Assembly: GCA_963727625.1 (NCBI GenBank)
Contig: CAVSHR010000005.1
Span: 224,001 to 288,000 of the forward strand
Direction of reading: 5' to 3'
From: an uncultured delta proteobacterium
GTDB lineage: Bacteria > Desulfobacterota > Binatia > UBA9968
DNA length: 64,000 nt
The notes beneath the pieces were generated by a model. It saw only the letters and a list, made by a program, of their open reading frames with translations, made no database searches and was not told the origin of the DNA. This document shows positions 1 through 9,007 of the stretch, in pieces (position 1 is the stretch's first letter; each line of letters begins with the position of its first letter). The translations under genes were made by a program, and so were the position numbers.

Positions 1-446
1 TGTTCCATCATTGACGGGGTCACTTGCTGGGTTTGCAGCAGGAACTTGAGCACTCGCTTCTCGGGCAGACGGCGCATCACGAGAGTGTATTCGGCGGGCT
101 CGCTCCATCCGCCCAGCCGCCAGCCGCTTTCGTCGAAGCAGATCGGCATCACGGCCAAATAGACCGACGGCGCCAGACGGCGGTTTAGCCGCAGTTCCTC
201 TTGCAGAAAATGCCGCCGCCGCGCCAGGGTCGAAAAATCGAGAAACGAATAGCGCACCGGCTTTTTTATTTTGTAAACCAAATCACCGACCAGAAAGACA
301 TGGGAGATATGGGTTTCCTGATGAACCACTTCATCCGCCGGCCTGGGATAGAAGACAGGCCTCAGCATCGCTGCTACGAGCTCATCCTGCGACTGTAAAC
401 CCGTGAGATTGCCGTTTGTCACGTGAACGCTCTGCAATAGGGGCAT
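1..446 (-). CDS. COG2187-type aminoglycoside phosphotransferase-like / AAA kinase protein (Rv2004c-like), N-terminal part, running off the window edge
   Basis: Not in the ORF track. Manual minus-strand translation reads MLRPVFYPRPADEVVHQETHISHVFLVGDLVYKIKKPVRYSFLDFSTLARRRHFLQEELRLNRRLAPSVYLAV, carrying the ETHIS, YKIKKPV and ELRLNRRLAP family motifs. Start is ATG 446 or GTG 422. Confidence 0.85.
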   Translation of the reverse strand, partial: MPLLQSVHVTNGNLTGLQSQDELVAAMLRPVFYPRPADEVVHQETHISHVFLVGDLVYKIKKPVRYSFLDFSTLARRRHFLQEELRLNRRLAPSVYLAVMPICFDESGWRLGGWSEPAEYTLVMRRLPEKRVLKFLLQTQQVTPSMME

Positions 447-461
447 CCTCTTGTCCACCCC

Positions 462-476
462 GCAATAACAATGCCA
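462..476 (-). promoter_or_regulatory. sigma54 (-24/-12) promoter
   Basis: Minus strand reads TGGCATTGTTATTGC (GG-N10-GC), directly upstream of the COG2187 gene. Confidence 0.7.
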
Positions 477-508
477 TGCTGAAAAATCACCACAAAATTG
501 CAGCGGCA

Positions 509-555
509 TTCCCACACCCTGGAAAAAACCCTTCTCCGAGTTGCACAAAATAGAC
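509..555. promoter_or_regulatory. putative activator binding sites (UAS)
   Basis: TTCCCA-CACC-CTGGAA at 509-524. A weak partner, GTTGCA-CAAA-ATAGAC, lies at 540-555 (+31 bp). Confidence 0.4.
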
Positions 556-727
556 ACCCAGGTGAAACCGGCGCGGGGGGACCAGTTAAAGCTACGGCGC
601 GGCAGGCGCGAAAATTAGCTCAACGAGCCGGGATCAATCCCGGACGAAACGTTGGGTAAACCCGCAGGGGGGATCGTAATGGGCTTGGAGGCGGTGAACT
701 CCCACCGCGGAATTCGGTACGGCAGGC

Positions 728-1732
728 CTAGGTAATTTCCAGTTCTTCGATCTTTCGGTAGAGCGACGACAAGCTGATGTCTAAAAGTTTCGCCGCTTCT
801 TTGCGGTCCTGCCCTGTCTGTTCGAGGGCGCGCAGAATATGCTGCTTTTCAAAGCACCGTAGCGCTTCCTTGAGGTTGAATGTGAACGCGGGGACTCCCT
901 GGCTTCCGGCAATCACCGACTGGGGCAAATCTTTGAGCGTGATTCGTTCGTCCTCGGCGAGAATCATCGTGTGCTCGATGACATTGTCGAGCTCGCGCAC
1001 ATTGCCCTTCCACGGCAGCGTCATCAACACACGCACCGCGTCCTCGTCGATGCCGGTACAGTTCTTGTTTAGCTCGGGATTATGGCGCTTGATGAAATGC
1101 TCGACCATCAGCGGGATATCCTCCGGCCGATCTTTTAGCGGCGGGATGTAGATCTCCATGATGTTGAGACGGTAAAAGAGGTCCTCGCGAAAGCGCCCGG
1201 CTTCGACTTCTTTTTTTAGATTGCGATTGGTCGCCGCGAGCACCCGAACGTCGACATGGCGCGGCGCCGTGCTGCCGATGGGCATGATATCCTTGGCTTC
1301 CAAAGCGCGCAGCAGTTTGACTTGCAGGTGCTGCGGAATTTCGCCGATCTCATCGAGGAAAATCGTTCCGCCGTGGGCTTTCTCGAACAGACCTTCCTGG
1401 TTCGCGAACGCCCCGGTGAAAGAACCCTTCATGTGGCCGAACAGGAGGCTTTCCAGCAGAGTCTCGGGCAACGCGCCACAGTTGACCGGCAGGAACAGCT
1501 TGTCCTTGCGGTCGCTGTGCGCGTGCAGCGCCAAGGCGATCAGCTCCTTGCCCGTGCCGCTGTCTCCGGTGATCAGCACCGTAGCTTGAGTGTTGGCAAC
1601 CTTTTTAACCAATTCCAAGACGTCTTTGATTGCCTTGCTCTTGCCGATGATGTTGTCGAAGTGAAATTCCATGCTGTCAAAATTCCAAGAACCCACGATG
1701 GCGACGCGTCCGGAGCCTAACATCGCTGTCAT
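728..1732 (-). CDS. sigma54-dependent transcriptional activator (AAA+ plus Fis-type HTH) with no N-terminal sensory domain
   Basis: Walker A GDSGTGKE, GSFTGA loop, Walker B IFLDEIGE, FREDLFYRLN, WKGNVREL and a C-terminal HTH. Alternative start ATG 1672. Confidence 0.95.
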   Translation of the reverse strand: MTAMLGSGRVAIVGSWNFDSMEFHFDNIIGKSKAIKDVLELVKKVANTQATVLITGDSGTGKELIALALHAHSDRKDKLFLPVNCGALPETLLESLLFGHMKGSFTGAFANQEGLFEKAHGGTIFLDEIGEIPQHLQVKLLRALEAKDIMPIGSTAPRHVDVRVLAATNRNLKKEVEAGRFREDLFYRLNIMEIYIPPLKDRPEDIPLMVEHFIKRHNPELNKNCTGIDEDAVRVLMTLPWKGNVRELDNVIEHTMILAEDERITLKDLPQSVIAGSQGVPAFTFNLKEALRCFEKQHILRALEQTGQDRKEAAKLLDISLSSLYRKIEELEIT

Positions 1733-1746
1733 ATTGGGATTTCGGC

Positions 1747-1775
1747 AAGATAAAAAGGAATTGCCAGAGTGTCAA
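1747..1775 (-). promoter_or_regulatory. sigma70-type promoter for the activator gene
   Basis: Minus strand TTGACA-N17-TATCTT. Confidence 0.55.
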
Positions 1776-1799
1776 TAATTGAAATGTTGGGTGTTAGCT

Positions 1800-2303
1800 T
1801 CAGAGTCGTTCCGCGGCTTGACGCAGCTCGGGATTGGAACAAAACTGGCGCAGCGCGGCTTTGAGCTTTTGCCGCTGCACGCTCGCCGGCACACCCAGAT
1901 TCTCCATGGTCTTGCCGACCTGGGGCCCGCCCAACTGCAGCAACTTGCCGTAGATCACGTCGATTTCCGAGCTTTCGATTTCCAGCGCAATCTTAAAAGC
2001 GTCTTCGACATCGAGCGCGGGAGTTCCCTGAGCGAGATAGCGTTGTAATCGACCGCTGAGATCCTCGGCCGTTTCGCGACTGATCATAGGATCCACCACC
2101 TCGTCCTCGTAATTGGCAATCATTGCCCGACAAGCCGCCAGGATACTGGCGTGCTGCTCTTCCTCCCGCCCCATCTCCCACCAGAAATCACGCAGCTCGG
2201 GCCGGGTTAGAAACAGATGCGAGAAACGAAAATAGATTTTAGCAACCAGCCGTTCGATCTCTGCAAAACCGATCAGGGGATCGAACGGCTCCGGCGCTAT
2301 CAT
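1800..2303 (-). CDS. ferritin-like / rubrerythrin-fold protein
   Basis: E...EEEQH motif in helix 2 and a second acidic cluster (ALEIESSE). Overlaps the upstream gene by 4 bp (ATGA). Confidence 0.7.
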   Translation of the reverse strand: MIAPEPFDPLIGFAEIERLVAKIYFRFSHLFLTRPELRDFWWEMGREEEQHASILAACRAMIANYEDEVVDPMISRETAEDLSGRLQRYLAQGTPALDVEDAFKIALEIESSEIDVIYGKLLQLGGPQVGKTMENLGVPASVQRQKLKAALRQFCSNPELRQAAERL

Positions 2304-2806
2304 GTGTTTTTTAAATTCTCCTTGAGAAATTTCAGCAGCTCGACATGCTTTTTAGAATCCCGGATCATCGCGTCGATGAGAATCTTGAAAGCTCCATGAT
2401 AGTAGCCGCTGCTCTCTTTCATGAGGGCTTTGTATTCTCTTATCCCTTCCTTTTCAAGCCGGATAAATTCCTCGGTGGCCTCGCGCAGTTTGTCGTTGAC
2501 GCTGGCGAGATCGGCAGCGCCTTCGAGGGTGCCGGCCGGTTTCGTCCAGGTGAGACTGCCCTTCAACGTCGACACCATCGCATGCACCACCGCGCGATGC
2601 TTCTCCTCGTCGGAAATGATCATCTGCATCACAAAGCGGGTCATCGGATTGGGCAGATGGGGCAACGCGTTTTTGTAAAATTCAACCGAGCGATCTTCCT
2701 TGGACTCATGGGCTTCGAATGCGTTGAGCAGCTTCTCTACCGGCGAGATCCCTTCCGCAATGCTTGCGAGCCCGAGCAAATTGCTTACATCTGCGAATTC
2801 TTCCAT
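2300..2806 (-). CDS. ferritin-like / rubrerythrin-fold protein
   Basis: Paired DEEKH and DSKKH motifs with preceding Glu residues. RBS AAGGAG. Confidence 0.8.
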   Translation of the reverse strand: MEEFADVSNLLGLASIAEGISPVEKLLNAFEAHESKEDRSVEFYKNALPHLPNPMTRFVMQMIISDEEKHRAVVHAMVSTLKGSLTWTKPAGTLEGAADLASVNDKLREATEEFIRLEKEGIREYKALMKESSGYYHGAFKILIDAMIRDSKKHVELLKFLKENLKNT

Positions 2807-3018
2807 GGCTTTTCTCCTTTTCTAGTCGTTAGATTACAGTCGGAATTTCTCCTCTCGAGCGAATTCGACAATCGTTGCCACCTAATCTCTTCGGGTCCGA
2901 TTTACCGGTAAAATGGGGAAACTCCTTTTCATCGTATTCCTGGACAAGGATTCGGTTATCGGTAGAACTTTCTTTGACCGGCTCCTTCTCCTATTTATAT
3001 TATTGCAACATAACGGCC

Positions 3019-3033
3019 GCAAAGTATATGCCA
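3019..3033 (-). promoter_or_regulatory. sigma54 promoter for the ferritin-like genes
   Basis: Minus strand TGGCATATACTTTGC (GG-N10-GC). Confidence 0.75.
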
Positions 3034-3083
3034 GAGGTAAGTAGGCCAAAAATAGACCAACATCCCCTGATGTCAAGATTGCT

Positions 3084-3130
3084 TTCTTAATCGTAGGAAC
3101 TCTTCCAGTCAATTTTCGCAGGGTTGCAAA
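3084..3130. promoter_or_regulatory. paired UAS palindromes shared by the divergent sigma54 promoters
   Basis: TTCTTA-ATCG-TAGGAA (3084-3099) and TTCGCA-GGGT-TGCAAA (3115-3130), 31 bp apart. Confidence 0.6.
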
Positions 3131-3181
3131 GAAATCCACCACGATTTGGTATTTTACCTAGAACATCGTGGATCTTTGCTC

Positions 3182-3197
3182 CGGCATGGAAATCGCT
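3182..3197 (+). promoter_or_regulatory. sigma54 promoter for pfk-gap-CBS
   Basis: CGGCATGGAAATCGCT (GG-N10-GC). Confidence 0.6.
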
Positions 3198-3246
3198 CTA
3201 AAGTACCTTGGACCCAAGCAATCAAGAATTGTTAAGGATTGAAAAC

Positions 3247-4578
3247 ATGGCGGAGCAAAACGAAAAATTGACGAGCCGACGCGGAAGCAACGTCGGCATC
3301 TTGGTCGGCGGCGGCCCGGCCCCAGGAATCAACGGCGTGATAGGCGCGGTCACTCTGGAATCGAGGACTCGCGCTTATAAGGTGATCGGCATTGCCGATG
3401 GCTTCCAGTGGCTCATGGCCGGCGATACAAGCCATGCCAGGGAGCTCAATCACGACGATGTCTCGCGCATTCATTTTCTCGGCGGCTCGGTGATAAATAC
3501 GTCGCGCGCCAACCCCACTAAGCGAATCGAAGATCTCGAACGCGTGGTCGCAACCTTGGACCGCTTGGATATCGGTTATCTCGCGACCATCGGCGGCGAC
3601 GACACTATGTTCGCCGCCGCCCAAGTGGCCAAGCAGGCGAACGGCCGAATCCGCGTGTGCCATGTGCCCAAGACCATCGATAATGACCTGCCGCTGCCCG
3701 GCGAGATCCCGACATTCGGCTTCGAAACCGCGCGCCAGATCGGCAGCGCGCTGGTGCAAAACCTGATGGAAGATTCGCGCACCACCGGGCGCTGGTACTT
3801 CGTCGTCGTGATGGGACGCTCGGCTGGCCATTTGGCCCTCGGCATCGGCAAGGCCACGGGCGCAACGCTGACGCTGATCCCCGAAGAATTTCCCGGTCCG
3901 ATTCGCATGGCCACCGTGTGCGATATCCTCGAAGGGGCGATCCTCAAACGCCAGGCGCTGTGGAACCGCTGCGACGGTGTTGCCGTAATCGCTGAAGGCT
4001 TGCTAGAGCACATGGCTGCGGAAGAACTGAGCGGCATCGAGGGTGTGCGCATCGCCCATGACAGCTACGGCCATTTGCGCCTGGCCGAAGTAGATCTCGC
4101 CTATATTTTAAAGACCCTCGTCGAACACCGCTTCGCCGGCCGGGGGGCGCCGATTGCTATCGTCCACAAAAACATCGGCTACGAGCTGCGCTGCGCCGCG
4201 CCCATCGCCTTCGACTGCGAGTATGTCCGCACCCTTGGTTACGGCGCGGTCGAGTTTTTGCTCAACCCACCCGCCGCGGCGCAAGCGCTGAACGGCGCGC
4301 TGGTTGCCCTGGTAAACGGCAAGCTCGACTATCTCGATTTTGCCAGCCTTCGAGACACCGAGACCGGCAAGACACGAGTGCGCAAGGTCGATATCGACAC
4401 GCCGTCCTACAAAGTCGCCCGCGAATACATGATTCGATTGGAACGAGAGGACTTTGCCGATCCGGAAAAGCTCCGGTTGCTCGCCCAAGCCGCATCTTCG
4501 GATAAAGCGCTCTGTTCGCCTGAACAATTTCGCGACCGCTATCAATATTTGGCCGCAGAAATTCGCGGCGGTCCATAA
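3247..4578 (+). CDS. pfp: 6-phosphofructokinase, probably pyrophosphate-dependent
   Basis: [14 protein letters not shown] (Asp at the PPi-specificity position), PKTIDND and MGRSAG motifs. Confidence 0.9.
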   Translation: MAEQNEKLTSRRGSNVGILVGGGPAPGINGVIGAVTLESRTRAYKVIGIADGFQWLMAGDTSHARELNHDDVSRIHFLGGSVINTSRANPTKRIEDLERVVATLDRLDIGYLATIGGDDTMFAAAQVAKQANGRIRVCHVPKTIDNDLPLPGEIPTFGFETARQIGSALVQNLMEDSRTTGRWYFVVVMGRSAGHLALGIGKATGATLTLIPEEFPGPIRMATVCDILEGAILKRQALWNRCDGVAVIAEGLLEHMAAEELSGIEGVRIAHDSYGHLRLAEVDLAYILKTLVEHRFAGRGAPIAIVHKNIGYELRCAAPIAFDCEYVRTLGYGAVEFLLNPPAAAQALNGALVALVNGKLDYLDFASLRDTETGKTRVRKVDIDTPSYKVAREYMIRLEREDFADPEKLRLLAQAASSDKALCSPEQFRDRYQYLAAEIRGGP

Positions 4579-4594
4579 TTTAAAAGGAGAACGC

Positions 4595-5608
4595 ATGCCA
4601 ACCAGAATCGCCATCAATGGATTCGGCCGCATCGGCCGCCTGGTCCTGCGCACGATGATCGAGCGCCACAAGAAAGACTTCAGCGTCGTTGCCGTCAACG
4701 ACATGGCTGACTTAAAAACCAACGTGCACCTGTTTCGCTACGATTCCACTTACGGGATTTTCCCCGGTCAAGTCAGTGCCGGCGAAGGCGTTATGCGGAT
4801 CGATGGCAAAAACGTTACGGTTTTGAATCAAAAAGATCCAACCCGCTTGCCGTGGAGGGACCTCGCCGTCGACATCGTCATCGAATCCACCGGCGTGTTC
4901 ACCGACGGCGCCCAGGTGCGCGCCCATCTGGAAGCGGGCGCCAAGAGAGCGATCATCACTGCGCCGGCGACCAACGAAGACATCACGCTGGTCCTCGGCG
5001 TCAACGATTCCGCCTACGACCCGCGCAAGCATCACGTCGTCTCCAACGCCTCCTGCACCACCAACTGCTTGGCCCCGGTGGCCAAAGTGCTGCAAGATCA
5101 ATTCGGCGTCGAACGCGGCTTGATGACGACGATCCACTCTTACACCAACGATCAAAGGATTCTCGACCTGATGCATAAAGACCTGCGGCGAGCACGCGCC
5201 GCGGCGATGAACATCGTGCCAACCAGCACCGGCGCAGCCAAGGCCATCGGCCTGGTCATGCCGGAATTGAAGGGCAAACTGCACGGTATCTCGCTCCGAG
5301 TTCCGACTTCGACGGTCTCAGTCGTCGATCTGGTGGTCGATCTTAAAAAGAGCGCCAGCGTCGAGGCGATCAACGCGGCGCTGAAAAAATACGCTGACGG
5401 AAAAATGAACGGCATTCTTAGCTATTGCGACGAGCCCTTGGTTTCCAGCGATTTTCGTGGTAATCCCGCTTCCTCGACCGTTGACGGCCTATCGACCGTG
5501 GTGCTCGAAGGCAAAATGGCCAAAGTGCTTTCTTGGTACGATAACGAATGGGGCTACAGTTGCCGCGTCGGCGACCTCGCTAAACTGATGGTGGAAAAAG
5601 GACTGTAG
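4595..5608 (+). CDS. gap: type I glyceraldehyde-3-phosphate dehydrogenase
   Basis: [21 protein letters not shown] and [18 protein letters not shown] before ATG 4595. Confidence 0.97.
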   Translation: MPTRIAINGFGRIGRLVLRTMIERHKKDFSVVAVNDMADLKTNVHLFRYDSTYGIFPGQVSAGEGVMRIDGKNVTVLNQKDPTRLPWRDLAVDIVIESTGVFTDGAQVRAHLEAGAKRAIITAPATNEDITLVLGVNDSAYDPRKHHVVSNASCTTNCLAPVAKVLQDQFGVERGLMTTIHSYTNDQRILDLMHKDLRRARAAAMNIVPTSTGAAKAIGLVMPELKGKLHGISLRVPTSTVSVVDLVVDLKKSASVEAINAALKKYADGKMNGILSYCDEPLVSSDFRGNPASSTVDGLSTVVLEGKMAKVLSWYDNEWGYSCRVGDLAKLMVEKGL

Positions 5609-5621
5609 GAGGAAACAATCC

Positions 5622-6011
5622 ATGATTGCCAAGCATATCATGACCAAGGACATCATCACGGTCAGTCCGACCATGACGATAAAAACTCTCGCCATGACGC
5701 TGATCAAAAATCAGATCAGCGGGGCCCCGGTCGCCGGAAAGAACGGCAAGATCATCGGCGTGGTCTCGGAAGCGGATATCGTTGCCAAAAAAGGCAAAGC
5801 CGTCAAATCCATCATGAGCAAAAAGATCATTAGCGTCGCCGAAGAGACCTCTGTCGAAGAGATCGCCGAGCTCATGACCACGCATAACATCAAACGCGTT
5901 CCGGTGATGCGCGGCGAGGAAGTGGTCGGCATCGTCAGTCGCGCCGATATCGTCAGCGCCATCGCCCGCGGCGAACATGTCGCGATCCATACGCCGGTTT
6001 ACGATCTATAA
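5622..6011 (+). CDS. stand-alone CBS-domain (Bateman module) protein
   Basis: Two CBS repeats (ISGAPV...GVVSEADI and IKRVPV...GIVSRADI). RBS AGGAGG. Confidence 0.9.
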   Translation: MIAKHIMTKDIITVSPTMTIKTLAMTLIKNQISGAPVAGKNGKIIGVVSEADIVAKKGKAVKSIMSKKIISVAEETSVEEIAELMTTHNIKRVPVMRGEEVVGIVSRADIVSAIARGEHVAIHTPVYDL

Positions 6012-6144
6012 ATACCCCGCGCGCCTTGTTTTTGAGATCTCGCCTTTTCGCGCCCGGCCTGGTCGAAGACCCGGCTCGCATGTTTGTGAGTCCTAATTTC
6101 ATGTTAAACCTTCCCCATTCCATCGTTGAGCTTCGCCGTCCTCG

Positions 6145-6191
6145 TTCCTAAGCCTAAGAAGCACGAGGCCGATGTTTCCAAGCATTAGGAA
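6145..6191. promoter_or_regulatory. paired UAS palindromes
   Basis: TTCCTA-AGCC-TAAGAA (6145-6160) and TTCCAA-GCAT-TAGGAA (6176-6191), 31 bp apart. Confidence 0.65.
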
Positions 6192-6248
6192 TTCCCCCAT
6201 CGCGCTTCCGATTAGCCTGTAAATTCCTTGGCGTTTTTAGCCTTTTGC

Positions 6249-6263
6249 TGGCATTTACTTTGC
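6249..6263 (+). promoter_or_regulatory. sigma54 promoter for the BoxB-like gene
   Basis: TGGCATTTACTTTGC (GG-N10-GC). Confidence 0.75.
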
Positions 6264-6333
6264 GAAGCTATGGGCGCAAATGCGCTGCAATTTCGGCCGG
6301 CGCGAAATCATTCAGACTTAAACAGGAGGGTTC

Positions 6334-7443
6334 ATGGCAGAACGCATCGCGAACTTCGATGATTGGAAAGATTTGTTTTACAAATGGCAAAAGGACATCG
6401 GCTTCGACGCCTCGCTGGTGAAAGATTACAAGTTCGATTCGATTTATGATGAGGGGACCAGTCCAATCATCGAGTTCGGCGACTTCAAAGGACGCAAGAA
6501 ATTCGAAAAAGTTTTGGACGTGCCAACCCAGGACATGCGCGACGCGCTCCTGCATTTGATTTTCTATCAGGGCGACACCGAGTTCGGCTCATCCGAGCAA
6601 CAGCGCATGCTGATCGACAACGCGCCCACCGATTATGACCGCCAGTGCCTGTTGCGGGTGATGCGCGAAGAACAGCGCCATGGCTGGCAAATGTGCCATG
6701 TGCTGATTAACAACTTCGGCGATTCGGGAAAGTTGGAGGCGCAAAAGCTGCTCGAACGGCGCGCCTATAAAAACACCCGTCTGCTTGGCGCGTTCAATCG
6801 CAACGTCGATGACTTTATCGACTTCGTCACCTACACCTGTTTCATCGACCGTGACGGCAAATACCAACTCACCATGCTCCATCATTCGAGCTTCGCGCCG
6901 CTCTCGCGCAGCATGGGACCCATGCTTAAAGAAGAAGCGTTTCATCTGTTCACCGGCCAGACCGGCCTGTCGCGCATCATCAAGGCCGGAAAAGTTCCCA
7001 TCGAAATTGTCCAGAGATATCTAAACAAGTGGCTCTCCACCGGTTACGACTTGCTGGGCAAAGACCGCTCCGGCTCCGCGGCGCGTTTCTACCGCTGGGG
7101 CTTCAAAGGCAGATTCGACGAAGCCACCGCCAAGGAACCACCCAAGGATCTCGAACGGCTGAACGAGGAAGCCAGACTGCTTTACTACAAAGAAGACTGC
7201 GAGATCATCGATTCGTTCAATCGCTTGATCCCCGAAGGCAAACCGAAGCTGCGCGCGCCCGATCTGAAGTTCAACCGGCAGATCGGCGAGTACGCCGGCA
7301 AGCACTACAGCGTCGAGGGCAATCCCCTAACCGAGGGCGAATACCAAGCCCATCTCGACAAAGTGCTGCCCGGACCCAAAGACCGCAAGAGCCTCGAGCC
7401 GATTTTCAAGACCGGCGACTGGATGAGCCCAGGCGCAGCCTGA
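6334..7443 (+). CDS. BoxB/PaaA-like diiron acyl-CoA epoxidase-family protein
   Basis: QGDTEFGSSEQQR, EEQRH, DRDGKYQL and EEAFH match the BoxB pattern (GDTE..SVEQQR, EEGRH, DRDGK.QL, EEAHH). Confidence 0.8.
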   Translation: MAERIANFDDWKDLFYKWQKDIGFDASLVKDYKFDSIYDEGTSPIIEFGDFKGRKKFEKVLDVPTQDMRDALLHLIFYQGDTEFGSSEQQRMLIDNAPTDYDRQCLLRVMREEQRHGWQMCHVLINNFGDSGKLEAQKLLERRAYKNTRLLGAFNRNVDDFIDFVTYTCFIDRDGKYQLTMLHHSSFAPLSRSMGPMLKEEAFHLFTGQTGLSRIIKAGKVPIEIVQRYLNKWLSTGYDLLGKDRSGSAARFYRWGFKGRFDEATAKEPPKDLERLNEEARLLYYKEDCEIIDSFNRLIPEGKPKLRAPDLKFNRQIGEYAGKHYSVEGNPLTEGEYQAHLDKVLPGPKDRKSLEPIFKTGDWMSPGAA

Positions 7444-7470
7444 ACGGTGCTGCCAGGAAGCCTTCCATAA

Positions 7471-7650
7471 AATGGCAAGCACTACCGGCTGCCGACCGCG
7501 GCCCAATGGGAATATGCCGCGCGCGCGGAAACTGAAACTGCCTACTGGTGGGGTAACGAGATGAAGCGAGGCTTAGCTAACTGTGTTGGCTACGGCACCC
7601 AGTGGGACAGAAAATAGACTGCGCCGGTATTTCAACCGAGCACTTTCAGT
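7471..7650 (+). pseudogene. remnant of an FGE-sulfatase (SUMF1/EgtB-like) domain gene
   Basis: The frame from 7471 reads [52 protein letters not shown]. It matches the RLPTEAEWEYAAR motif, has no start codon and has an in-frame TAG at 7615. Confidence 0.8.
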
Positions 7651-7764
7651 CCAACACGATTTATTCCCCTTGGCGATAATCCGGCGCTATCAAGCGACTT
7701 GTTTGCCTGCAAGCTTTGCGGGATAAAACACTAAACCTTGAGCATCTCTATCGTTAAAATGACC

Positions 7765-8167
7765 ATGAGCACGACGGTTTTCACCGAGATAGAGTTCTGG
7801 ATGTTGATCGTCTTTGCGGTTATATTCCCCTTCGCTATCGACAGATTACTTCTCGCGAAGAAAGCCATCTCTCGCAAGACAGTTCTAGCTTTCGGGCTCG
7901 CGCCTGTCGTGATTGCTGGAGTGGATTGATGTCTACCTCTTGCAAAGCTTGGCCGCCGCGGCAAAGGTCTCTCCATCTCTCGTGGATGATGCAGTCTTTT
8001 CATCCGAGTTATCCCTTGCGCTCTATCTGCTGCCCGCCATGTTCGGAGGCATTGGCATCAACGTTATTTCCCATATTCTTGTGCGGCATCTTGTTGAGGC
8101 CGAAAGCAGTATGAGCAGAAGCGTCGATATGCCTAACTTGTCGTTTGTGCGGAGTCTTGGGATCTGA
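7765..8167 (+). pseudogene. frameshifted small membrane protein
   Basis: Two overlapping hydrophobic ORFs (...VVIAGVD* and IDVYLLQSLA...) join across GTGGATTGATGTC at about 7921-7933 into one protein with about 3 TM segments. Confidence 0.6.
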
Positions 8168-8366
8168 ACCCACAATCGCGACCTAATAGCGACGGCTGAG
8201 CTTTGCGTTAACCGTTACCGTTTTCCACAACCCACGACCCCCGAGATTCCGAAACTGAGCACCCAGCCCTACTTCGACGCGAAGCTTTGCCGGTTTCGCC
8301 CTTCGGTTTCACTGCTTCCCGCTTCGAAGATTGCGCGCCGCGTCACCGCCGCCAGGCTTGATGAAA

Positions 8367-8413
8367 ATCTAAAAGTTGCGAATCCGGCGGCTGAGAATTC
8401 GCAATATTGAATG
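8367..8413. promoter_or_regulatory. paired UAS palindromes
   Basis: ATCTAA-AAGT-TGCGAA (8367-8382) and TTCGCA-ATAT-TGAATG (8398-8413), 31 bp apart. Confidence 0.5.
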
Positions 8414-8452
8414 GCGCCGGGCGAATTCCCACGTGAACTTGGCAGGCGCCGC

Positions 8453-8467
8453 TGGCACATAGATTGC
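8453..8467 (+). promoter_or_regulatory. sigma54 promoter
   Basis: TGGCACATAGATTGC, a consensus TGGCAC-N5-TTGC. Confidence 0.8.
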
Positions 8468-8511
8468 GGTTCTCTTGAGTAGTCCGAATGCAACGGAAGG
8501 GAGGGTAGGAT

Positions 8512-8790
8512 ATGTACACTCCACTCATCACCATTTCAGCGATCCTTGCGGCCGGAATTCTGTTTGTCCTTGCGCCGGTCGCGGTCGACACCTACCGGCG
8601 CTATCGCAACCGCAAAGTCGTCATCTGCCCGGAAAACAAGAACTTCGCCGAAGTAGAGCTAAAAGCGGGCCGCGCCGGTCTCATGTCGGCGTTGGGCAAA
8701 TCGAAACTCGCGGTGAAATGGTGCAGCCGCTGGCCGTACAAAAAAGGATGCGCTGAAGAGTGCGTGAAAGAGAACTGGACCGCGCCATAA
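8512..8790 (+). CDS. small membrane-anchored protein with four cysteines, function unknown
   Basis: N-terminal TM helix followed by CPE...CSRWP...CAEEC. RBS GGAGG. Confidence 0.75.
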   Translation: MYTPLITISAILAAGILFVLAPVAVDTYRRYRNRKVVICPENKNFAEVELKAGRAGLMSALGKSKLAVKWCSRWPYKKGCAEECVKENWTAP

Positions 8791-9007
8791 GGAGCACGCG
8801 GGCAGACCTCCAGGTAGTCGGCCTAGCTCCGGCCAACAGCGCCACTCGATGAAATGACCGCCGGATTACCGCGGTGGTCGACTTTTCCCCGAGCGTGCTA
8901 CCGCGTGGGTTAGATAGGCGCGTCAGCGGTAAAATTGAAAGTGCCGGGCGCGCTGCGGCTTGGGGTCGGCTTTGACGAGAATCCGTCTTTCCTGGCGGTT
9001 TTGATTC

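Noticed and set aside
560-720. Hairpins between the activator stop codon and the COG2187 promoter, as a possible ncRNA
   Set aside because: No recognisable riboswitch or RNA family motif. An Rfam search would be needed.
2810-3007. ~200-nt leader of the ferritin-like operon with a tiny ORF (MKRSFPILPVNRTRRD)
   Set aside because: No convincing RBS, structure or attenuator features.
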